Below are positions 22,855 to 31,313 of a stretch of 32,000 bases of DNA, piece after piece. Every line of letters starts with the position of its first letter. Positions within the stretch are counted from its first letter, which is position 1. The DNA comes from Microcystis aeruginosa NIES-843 (GTDB lineage Bacteria > Cyanobacteriota > Cyanobacteriia > Cyanobacteriales > Microcystaceae), in assembly GCF_000010625.1 (NCBI RefSeq), contig NC_010296.1:3960001-3992000 (forward strand), in the 5' to 3' direction. The notes below the pieces were generated by a model. That model was given only the letters and a program-made list of their open reading frames with translations. It had not been told where the DNA came from and did no database searches. The position numbers and the translations under genes are program-made.

Positions 22855-25740
22855 TTACAAAGTCCTCCCAGCACCGCACACCACCCGAAAACCGTCGATG
22901 TCGATGTCGTCGCGGCGGAGGCTGATGTTGCGGTAAGCGGAACGGCAGAGATCCGGATTGCTGTACCAAGAACCGCCCCGCCGAGCTTTATATGCCTGAT
23001 TTTGCTGTTTTTTGCTCTTTTTTTGCCAAGGACTACCATCCCTAGGTGCGCCTTGATAATTATTCCAGAAGTCATCCTGACACGACTCCCAGACATTTCC
23101 GTGCATATCATACAAACCAAAACCATTGGGGGGAAATTGCCCCACGGGGGTGGTTTCCTCGCGATATTCTCCTGCTGGTTCCCTAGCAAAGCGTTGCGTA
23201 CCATTGTAGTTAGCTAAATTTGAGGTGAGGGTTGCTCCGAAGTGGAAGGGAGTGGTGGTTCCAGCACGACAAGCATACTCCCATTCCGCCTCACTGGGTA
23301 GCCGATACTGTTTCTTGGTCATTTTAGAGAGCCTTTGGCAAAATTCTACGGCATCTAACCAAGATACATTTTCAACGGGGTTTGTGCTGCCTTTAAACCG
23401 CGATGGCTCTGGGTTTAAATCTCGCTCTACTTTTAAATCTTCCCTTTGGGCAATATATAACCATTGAGCTTGGGTAATCGGAGTTTGACTTAGGTAAAAC
23501 GGGGCGATTTTTACTAAATGTCTGGGGGATTCTGGTTGGAACCAATCCCTATTGTATTTTTTCACTAGCCGCGCTATTTCCTCCGCTTCGGTTCCCATCC
23601 AAAACTCCCCCGAAGGAATATAGAGCATTTTTAAGCTGGGGGGATTTTCTTTAAAGTAGAAGGCTCTCACGGGTTCTTTAGCGGTAATTTGTCCCGTCTC
23701 ATCCACAAAAACGGTTTCAGACTTGAACAGGGTTAGGTTAAATTTCTCGGTGATGATTTCTTCTTCTGTGTTATCCAAGACTTCCCTAAACTGGACTGGG
23801 ATTGTCTCGGCGGTTATTTCTTCGCTTGCCAAAATTTTAAGCTGCTCAGGGGTTAAACGAAGGCGCTGATACAGTTCCCCATCTTCTACGCTGAAATCCT
23901 TAAGTCTATCCTTGAGCAGTTGAAACAATATTTCCTCTCCTCCCGTAAGCTCTTTTACCTTAGCTATGGTTACGGTTTTATATTTCCTCAGCCACTTTTC
24001 CTCAACCGGTGGGGGTGGAGGTGAGTCAACCATAGATTGCAGCTTTTGGCTAATTTCTTGGTACTTTGCTTCCCCTAGCTTTTGGAAAACCTTAGCAGAT
24101 ACCTTGGCAAAGGCGCGAACTAGATTAGCTGCTTCTTTGCCGAGGAGAACTTGGGGATTGGTAAGAATAAGACCAAAAAAGGTGGTGGTACTCAGGTTGA
24201 GTTTTTGGGCGATGTATTCCGAGAGGACAAAAATTACCTCTAAGGCGCGGCTATTCCCTAGTTCAGTGAGCAGAAGCTCTCTGTCCTCATCATCCAATTC
24301 AAAATCTAGGCTGTTGGGGGGAGTATGAAAGTTAAATTTACCTCCTTTGTCCCACTTCACTGGTTCCCCTCCTAGATAGACTTTGAGAAAACCGCTAAGG
24401 ATGACTTCTGCTATGTTTAGGGGGTTAGAGGCGCTTAAAAGTTTGCTTTGGATAAGACGGATGATGGGAAGATTTACCGGGGCTGCGGCTAATTTTTTCA
24501 GTAACTCCCAAGCTAGAGGTGAGGCGGTACTGGCGAATAGTTCTAGAGCTTGCTTCCTAGACATCTCCGGAGAAATAGTTGCGGGTATTTCTCTGTTTTG
24601 GGGAGATTTTTCTAGTAGTACCCCCGCACAGGTGGCGTTGCTGTCACCACTGAGAACAAGCGCCCAAGCTTTTAAGGATGAAGGGGTTAGGGAGATGGTG
24701 GGTAGGGGAAAGTAGGTTTTTTGGATTGTTTCTCTGAGAATATGTTGATTTTCCTCTTCCTTCTCAATTTGTAGCAGCAGGGGGATAGAGGTAAATCTCC
24801 AGTTTTGTGAAGGTTTCCGGGGGGTTTGGTTGACTAGGGAGACGAACCAACCTCGACTAAGGGCGGTTCTTTCCCACATTGCTTCCGGGAAGGGAGAAAG
24901 CAGGGTGACGATTTGGTGTTTTCCCCAGTCCTGAAGAGCTTGGTTATAGCGTCCTTGATACCAGTCTGGGGAAGTACAATCACTGTAGAAGAGGATAAGT
25001 CTTTCGCCGCGAGGATGGATGAGATCTTTTGGGTGAATTGAGCAAGTATCGTTAGAGTAGGTACGGATGGCTAAATTTTGCCTGTCTTCGTCCCATCCTA
25101 TGCGGTAGAGTTTGACATCCCGAAAGGCCCCGATTTGTTCTAGCCAATCGCGGATTTCCCCGGCCATTTCTTTCCAAAAGACCATGGAGGCCCATTCTTC
25201 AATCAGTAAAACTACCTCTAGGGAACGGACTTTTTTGGCTTGGTAAACGGGTATTAGGGCTAAACTGCCATCTTTCTTGCCGATGCTATACTCGGCCGAT
25301 TTCTGTACGGTGCTGTTTAGGTTTATTTGTCTTTGGGTGGCTGAGTCTATCTTTTGGATGAGGGGACGCACTGCCCGCCCTAATTTTAGGGTTTCTCGCC
25401 AGAATTTGGCACTGGGGAGGCTAATGGGTAGGGTATCTGCGCCTATCTTCTCCGGCTGTTTTTGTGCTTCTGTCTCGCGTATTAAGGGAACTTCATCGGA
25501 TGGGGCCGCTGGCTCTTGGGTTTCGTTTTTACTCTCCTGGGGGGGGTTTTTAGCGGGAGGGGTTTCTTCCTTTTCTTCCCTAGGCTCTGGAGGGGGTTGG
25601 GGTTTTCCTTCCTCTTCTTGGGTGAGAACATACCACCATAAACTATCAGCTATCTGGTAACTGTCTAGGTCCCATCCCCTGCCCTTGACAAAGGTGATAA
25701 ATTTATCAATCAGTTCTGGTGTGGGAAGGGTTTGGGTCAT
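22855..25740 (-). CDS. SAV_2336-N-like / vWA-like / FGE-sulfatase multidomain protein (vWA partner of the MoxR ATPase)
   Basis: 961-aa ORF. The N-terminus has YQIADSLWWYVL (ADALWLA-like), then a Pro/Glu-rich linker and a vWA-like region with a degenerate MIDAS (VVLLIEEWASM...ILFYSDCTSPDW). The C-terminal FGE domain has RLPSEAEWEYACRAG and GFRVVCGAGRTL. The ATG overlaps the AAA gene stop (ATGA, 25737-25740). Confidence 0.8.
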   Translation of the reverse strand: MTQTLPTPELIDKFITFVKGRGWDLDSYQIADSLWWYVLTQEEEGKPQPPPEPREEKEETPPAKNPPQESKNETQEPAAPSDEVPLIRETEAQKQPEKIGADTLPISLPSAKFWRETLKLGRAVRPLIQKIDSATQRQINLNSTVQKSAEYSIGKKDGSLALIPVYQAKKVRSLEVVLLIEEWASMVFWKEMAGEIRDWLEQIGAFRDVKLYRIGWDEDRQNLAIRTYSNDTCSIHPKDLIHPRGERLILFYSDCTSPDWYQGRYNQALQDWGKHQIVTLLSPFPEAMWERTALSRGWFVSLVNQTPRKPSQNWRFTSIPLLLQIEKEEENQHILRETIQKTYFPLPTISLTPSSLKAWALVLSGDSNATCAGVLLEKSPQNREIPATISPEMSRKQALELFASTASPLAWELLKKLAAAPVNLPIIRLIQSKLLSASNPLNIAEVILSGFLKVYLGGEPVKWDKGGKFNFHTPPNSLDFELDDEDRELLLTELGNSRALEVIFVLSEYIAQKLNLSTTTFFGLILTNPQVLLGKEAANLVRAFAKVSAKVFQKLGEAKYQEISQKLQSMVDSPPPPPVEEKWLRKYKTVTIAKVKELTGGEEILFQLLKDRLKDFSVEDGELYQRLRLTPEQLKILASEEITAETIPVQFREVLDNTEEEIITEKFNLTLFKSETVFVDETGQITAKEPVRAFYFKENPPSLKMLYIPSGEFWMGTEAEEIARLVKKYNRDWFQPESPRHLVKIAPFYLSQTPITQAQWLYIAQREDLKVERDLNPEPSRFKGSTNPVENVSWLDAVEFCQRLSKMTKKQYRLPSEAEWEYACRAGTTTPFHFGATLTSNLANYNGTQRFAREPAGEYREETTPVGQFPPNGFGLYDMHGNVWESCQDDFWNNYQGAPRDGSPWQKKSKKQQNQAYKARRGGSWYSNPDLCRSAYRNISLRRDDIDIDGFRVVCGAGRTL
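22876..22980 (-). other. DGR variable-region-like cassette F4
   Basis: Same adenine-free scaffold with NNC codons. Followed by GGTGCTGGGAGGACTTTGTAA. Confidence 0.6.
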
Positions 25741-26696
25741 GTATTGCCTGTGTCGGTGAGATAGGTAAATAGTAGGTCGGTAAGGGACTTTAATTCTGCA
25801 CCCGTGGGTTTATTTTCGCCCATGCTCATAAAGACGGCGTTTAAAAGCTGGTCCGTTGCTAGTTCCCCTTTTTCTCGTTTTTTAACATATTCTGCGATCG
25901 CGTCTTCTATTTTTTTACTTTCTGGACTGGCCTCTTTATAATCAAAATGGCTTTTTACTATCTTTTTTAGTTCCTCTGGGGTGGGGTCGGGAATTTCTAA
26001 GAGCAGACATCTACGTTTAAAGGGTAGGGGAAAATCCCTCTCGCCGTTGCTCGTCATAATCACTATGGGGAACTGTTGGCAGCTTACCTTACCTTGGGGG
26101 ATGGATTCCCATTCACCGTCATGGGTTTGTACTGGTATTGGTTGGTTTTCGGTATCTTTAGCGAGTCGGGAAAGTTCGGTGATTTCAAATCTTCCCTCTT
26201 CAAAAAGGTTTAAGAGGTCGTTGGGTAAGTCGATGTCACTTTTATCTATCTCATCGATAAGCAGTACCCGGGGATAATTTCTCGGACAGAGGGCTGTCCC
26301 CAAGGGACCCAAGCGGATATACTGCCCTATGTCTTTTTTTTCTTCTAATTGGTAATCTTGCAAACGTGCGATCGCGTCGTAGTAGTATAATCCCTCTTGT
26401 AGGGTGGTGCGGGTATTAATTGGCCAGACTAATACTTCTTTTAAGTCTAATTCGTAGGCGATTGCGTAGGCTAGGGAGGTTTTCCCTGTACCCGGTTTCC
26501 CTGTGACTAAAATAGGCCGGCGTAGGTGAATGGCTGCGTTTACGGTTTCGATGGTTTTAGGGTTAACTATGAGTTGTTTTCCCCGCTCCTCGGATTTGTT
26601 GGTGGCGAAGCTTCGCCAAGGTGGGATTTCTGGCCAAGTAATCTTATCCCTTGAGCGTTTTTGATGATTGCCTTGAAAGATTTTCCATGAACTCAT
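25737..26696 (-). CDS. MoxR-like (AAA_5-type) AAA+ ATPase
   Basis: 319-aa ORF with Walker A LVTGKPGTGKTSLA and Walker B RVLLIDEIDKSDIDLPNDLLNLFEEG. It begins 6 nt after the upstream gene and overlaps the downstream gene. Confidence 0.85.
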   Translation of the reverse strand: MSSWKIFQGNHQKRSRDKITWPEIPPWRSFATNKSEERGKQLIVNPKTIETVNAAIHLRRPILVTGKPGTGKTSLAYAIAYELDLKEVLVWPINTRTTLQEGLYYYDAIARLQDYQLEEKKDIGQYIRLGPLGTALCPRNYPRVLLIDEIDKSDIDLPNDLLNLFEEGRFEITELSRLAKDTENQPIPVQTHDGEWESIPQGKVSCQQFPIVIMTSNGERDFPLPFKRRCLLLEIPDPTPEELKKIVKSHFDYKEASPESKKIEDAIAEYVKKREKGELATDQLLNAVFMSMGENKPTGAELKSLTDLLFTYLTDTGNT

Positions 26697-26702
26697 AGTT
26701 AG

Positions 26703-28399
26703 TTAACCTAGGTGCTGAGATGTTAAGTAGTGGAAGGGGGGCATCCGATTAGGGTCTTCTAAAAAGCATAATAGATGATGTCCTAGATGTTCTGGTTCAT
26801 CTTCTAAATTATCTGGTGATTGTCGCCTCACCTCTTGAACTCTTGTGGACAATTGATTGATTTGAATACCCTGTAAGAGTGTATTAATTTCTGTTCTGTG
26901 AATTGCTTCCTGAGCATGACAGCGCGACGGGAGCATCTCACTTACGCGATAAGTAATTATACTTAGCCTAAAAGCCACTCTTAATCGTGTCTTGGAACGA
27001 AATAGAGGCTTTTAAAGACTGCGTACATGGAGAATTAAAACAAGAATTACCCTCGAAAAGCCTATTTTTCCACTAAGTATTTATGCTCATTGCAAAGGTG
27101 AGATGCTCCCCAGCGCGACCCAACGGCTAAAGGTATGCCATATTTTAAGCTTCTTTTAAAGAATTGCTCTAAATCCTCTTGAGTTGAAGCGCAAAGATTG
27201 CTCCATAGAGTTGTTTCTTGGCACAAATAGGACTCGCTGTTATTAACTGTTTGTGTATCTATAGAATTTGTCGTTAATCTCTCCCATCTACTTTTCCAAT
27301 TTTTATAAACTGGTTGATTCCGATATCTATTCTCCAATCTCATAAGAGAGCGAACATTAACAAAATATACTCTCTTAAGTTGAGTTAGGCTATCAAAGTA
27401 ATTGTATTCCCAAGATTCAAAGTTAGTATATAGTAGCTTACCATCGGTGAAAAATTCAATATTTAAGTTTGCACCTCCTCGCTCATGACAATCTTCAATA
27501 ATTTTTGTTAAAATGTTCGTTATATCTTTTTGAGTATAAACATCTTTGCTAACGCTACTATCTACAGGAAGAGGTATATAATTATTTCCTTGACTTTGAG
27601 ATGTATTTAACTGTAGAAAACACGCAGCAAATTTATATTCAGGGGAAGTATTTGCTTGACTTTTACTCTCCTCTATTTTGATAATTAGATAGTTGTTAAT
27701 ATTTTCTCGATTGTTAGGTTTTGGATCAATTTCTGTTATCTCTGCTGTCCAAGCATTGTAATCTGTGTCAGTAATATTTAATAGTTTCTTTAACTCCTGT
27801 ATTGTTTGTTCAATGTATGAGCGATTGTAGCTATTAATTCTGCTATCTTGAGTAAGTCTAAAAAGTATTCTTAATAAATCTTTATCATCTGGAAGATTTA
27901 TGATTTTATCGATGATTTCTTCAAAATTAGCATTGTCATTATCTAGCAAGTACGACTTTATGATCAGATTCAGTTCTGCTTGTTGTTGTCCAGACAATTT
28001 ATTTTTAAGTTCTGTAAATATATCAATTTTTGTCTTGCTTTTAACAAAACTATTTTCTACAGAGATACCCTTGTTATCGATAGCATTCCAATGCTCAATT
28101 AATGTAATAAAATTGGTCTTTTGAACTTTTATAGGCGTTTTCATAGCTTCTGTGAGAGCTTTAGAAATCAAGGGAAATAATTTTTTATTTGCTTCTTTCC
28201 TAAGATTTTCTGAATTTAAGTAATTTTTCTCTGCTATCTCATCATAAGTTAAATCTTGACGAAATCCATTTACTAAGATTTTTTGTATATCAGATAATCC
28301 CTTATTATCTACTTTTATAACTAACTGCATTACAATGCCCAAAAAATCTGATTCATTCAGATCACTTGGTTTTTTAGACTTAGATTTTCTATCTCCCAT
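26703..28399 (-). pseudogene. HTH + VMAP-C-like (vWA-MoxR-associated) protein gene disrupted by a MITE
   Basis: ORFs 27062-28399 and 26703-26978 join in frame when 26929-27111 and one 8-bp duplication are removed, giving about 501 aa. The N-terminus has a LuxR/sigma-r4-like HTH (LSDIQKILVNGFRQDLTYDEIAEK). The C-terminal half has NIEFFTDGKLLYTNFESWE...VYFVNVRSLMRLENRY...WKSRWERL, recalled as the VMAP-C pattern. Confidence 0.7.
26929..27110 (-). mobile_element. 182-bp MITE identical to the left arm of the IS at 10792
   Basis: 13-bp terminal inverted repeats (GGGAGCATCTCAC and GTGAGATGCTCCC). Flanked by direct AGCGCGAC copies (26921-26928 and 27112-27119). Its reverse complement matches 10792-10973 with no mismatch found by eye. 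Confidence 0.85.
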
Positions 28400-28803
28400 T
28401 TGTACTTGTGGTTCTCCTTTTAAGAATACAATTCACAAAATGCTACTTTTAGCTACTTAATGATACTTTGGCAAATTGACTACTAAATGCTACAAAAACT
28501 ACCTCGACAATTAAAAGGGCTAGAAATAAGCTAAAAGTGTAGTCTAATTCAGAGCTTATGTACATCTCAAACTACCAGATTAAATCACTAACCCAGAGGC
28601 TAACAAATCGCTTGGGGTATATACCCAAAGAAGCTTGGGTAATTAATCTCGCCATCGAGATAGAAATCTCTCCAAAGCCGTTTTTTAGTGATGGGCAATT
28701 AGTCCAGCACTACCGAGAAATCGAACAACTGCACAGCTAATAAAACCGCCTGAATTTGGTTATTTAACCATTTTCAGGACAGTACAACTTATTTTCTACT
28801 GTC

Positions 28804-29919
28804 ATGATACTCAAAAAACCCACCCCAACACAAGCATCGGCTTTAAGGGATAATCCACGCCTAGGGATGCTCCAACTCAGCGATAATCGTCTCGTACAAG
28901 CTTTCTTTGACTGGCTAACAGGCTACTACCTTACCCCCCCTCTCTGGAAAAGCACGCCCTCCTTAGAGCTAATCTATGGCATACTCCAGTATATAGGCGG
29001 ATTAGCGATCGCTCTTAGCCACTGGCAATTAATACCCCTAGGATGGGTGCTATCCGTAGCTGGAGCGGCTCAATTGCAGGAAATAGCCCACTTTTGCGCC
29101 CATAATGCTTTTTTCCCTCAATATCCCACTTATAACCATCTTTTAGGTTGTTTACTTACCTTAATTACCGGGAAAAAGCCCTTTCCATTGTTCAAAAAAG
29201 ATCACCTATTAATTCACCACCCGCCGAAAAACCTAGCTACCATGAATGACAAGGGGAATACCCCCTACCTAGTAGAAGATTTAGGTTTTGAATTTGCCCA
29301 AGAAGAGGCCTTCTATTGGCAAAATTTGGGCAAGTTATTACTCTCTCCCAAGTTTTACGGAGAAACCTTCCTTGCTCGTCTGACTAATCTCCTTAAAGCC
29401 CCCATTAACTACCAAATAGCTACCCTGATTGTGCTTTTCTTGGCCTCTGTTTGTGCGGGTTTAACCCATTCTTGTTTAATCTGCTTACTCTGGGCGGTAT
29501 TTACCCAACTCGGAACCTATGCGGCCGCACTCTTGCAACAGCTACCGGAGCATAATTGGGCCTATGAAGCCGATGAGAATGAGGGAGCTAAATCTCAGGT
29601 AATTGGTAAATCTTTTGCCCTATATTTGGGTGCTTATCCTCCGCGCTCAAATCACTGGTTAGAGTGGTTAAAATGGTACATAGAATTAGTAGGAGCAGTC
29701 TTTATTCGGCTGACCATCCTTCCAGTTAGCCTAGGGGCGCACTGTGTTCACCATGCTACACCAAACGATCACAACTGGGCTAATCAACTATACACCCTAA
29801 GAGCTTTTCAGACTGGCTCGGTGAAAGGATGGCAGCGTTATCAATTCCTTGAGGTTTGGGGATACCGAAACGCTTTAAACTACGTCTTTGTCGGTTTTAG
29901 TTTAAGGGGAAAAAGCTAA
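28804..29919 (+). CDS. Membrane fatty-acid-desaturase-like di-iron protein
   Basis: 371-aa hydrophobic ORF with three His boxes: HFCAH (Hx3H), HLLIHH (Hx3HH) and HCVHH (Hx2HH). Confidence 0.65.
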   Translation: MILKKPTPTQASALRDNPRLGMLQLSDNRLVQAFFDWLTGYYLTPPLWKSTPSLELIYGILQYIGGLAIALSHWQLIPLGWVLSVAGAAQLQEIAHFCAHNAFFPQYPTYNHLLGCLLTLITGKKPFPLFKKDHLLIHHPPKNLATMNDKGNTPYLVEDLGFEFAQEEAFYWQNLGKLLLSPKFYGETFLARLTNLLKAPINYQIATLIVLFLASVCAGLTHSCLICLLWAVFTQLGTYAAALLQQLPEHNWAYEADENEGAKSQVIGKSFALYLGAYPPRSNHWLEWLKWYIELVGAVFIRLTILPVSLGAHCVHHATPNDHNWANQLYTLRAFQTGSVKGWQRYQFLEVWGYRNALNYVFVGFSLRGKS

Positions 29920-30062
29920 ATTAAACTCGGTGTGCAACTATATTTTTAGTCTTGATTTACAACAAGGCTTTCAGAAATCAGCAGAGATAAAGTATCCTCT
30001 GGAACCCTGATTCTGTCGTTTTTAGTTGCACATCGCGTTAAATTAACCTAATTCTATAGTTA

Positions 30063-31313
30063 CTAATTCTGTACGCAAATATTGCATCTAGAATTAGCTT
30101 TGTACGCTTTGACCCGTACTGGGTTAACTACGAACCTCTCTATCGGATTCCCGCTAAAGGCGGCCTCTCCGACTACCTTTCTTCCAATATTTAAGGAACC
30201 ATTAATATCTGCTCCATAGAAATAACCCGACGAGCTTCTGAATAGTCCTCTTTTAATTCTCTTGCCTAAATAGCTTTTTTGCTTTTGAATAGACTCTAAG
30301 TCCAAGAAACTACATTTAGAGGTATAGCTTTCATTAGTTGTTTTGACCTCTATTCCTACTAAATTTGCTTTATAGGTAAGTTGTTCGATCAACCTTGAAT
30401 GAGGAATATTTACGAATGACTGGTTATTTCTATCTCCAATATTAATGTTTTGTTTCCAGCCTTGATTATGACCAATAACTAAAAGGTTAATTTGATGAGC
30501 TAGTAATTTATCAATAATATATTTACTAGCGGTGTGGAGGTAATAATCCACCTGGCAATTACGCTTTAAAGTTAAACCTTGTATTCTTTTACTGGTCTTC
30601 TGTAGACTGGGTAATTCCGATTTGAGTTTAGCTAGTGTCTTGTTGTACTTTTGATTGCAGGATTTTAAGGCTTTTCCACATACTAAAGTTGGCTGAAATT
30701 CGGGAATATTAGAGGTAACAGCAGCTAGGTTATTTAAGCCTAAATCGATAAAAGCATATCTTTCTCCCTCTTGACTTGATGAGGATGGTTGTTCATAGAC
30801 AATCTCTAAACAATAAGCACCCAATTTAGGAATAATCCTGACCTCTAAGACTTTCTTTAAATTAGTTTTAAATTCTCAATTAGTCCCTGATAGCTTGATT
30901 AAACCTTGCTTCAACGCTTTTTGAGAAATGGCTTGATAGTTATAAGTTAAAACGTTTCTACCTTTTTCCTTGTCTTTGTATCTTGGCAACTTAGGCTCTC
31001 CTGTAAATTTATCTGGCGATTTTTTGGATTGTTCTTTCGCTTTTTGGTAGGATTTAAAGGTTTTTTCTACTTGCTTTAATACTAACTGACTTACTTTGGC
31101 GGGTAAGGCTTGATAATCTGGACTCATTTTTAAGGCATGATGTAACTCAGTCATTGTTAAAAATGGTTGATGTGAAAAGAAAACTTGACGGTTTAAATAA
31201 ACAGCACAATTATACAGATTCTTCGATAAAAATCCTAATTTATCAATTACTGAATAATTTTTGTGATTAAATTTAATTAGATGTTTTTGAACTAATTTCA
31301 TCATTCTCCTCAA
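30063..31313 (-). pseudogene. tnpB: TnpB (IS200/IS605-family OrfB, RNA-guided nuclease family) with one in-frame TGA
   Basis: ORFs 30876-31313 and 30063-30824 are in the same frame, separated by the TGA at 30876-30878 (...IKLSGTN-stop-EFKTNLKKVLEVRIIPKLGAYCLEIVYEQ...). FIDLGLNNLAAV carries the RuvC-I Asp. About 416 codons in total. Confidence 0.8.

Noticed and set aside
21107-25660. Plus-strand ORFs 21107-21337, 22720-23217, 23225-23467, 23966-24328, 24383-24715 and 25277-25660, and minus-strand ORF 22785-23204
   Set aside because: All lie antisense to, or out of frame within, the well-supported FGE and vWA-FGE genes. Their products are low-complexity. The similarity between 21107-21337 and 23225-23467 simply reflects the shared 156-nt block on the opposite strand.
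28558-28740. 60-aa ORF upstream of the desaturase-like gene
   Set aside because: No recognisable motif or clear ribosome-binding site. It could be real but cannot be supported from sequence alone.
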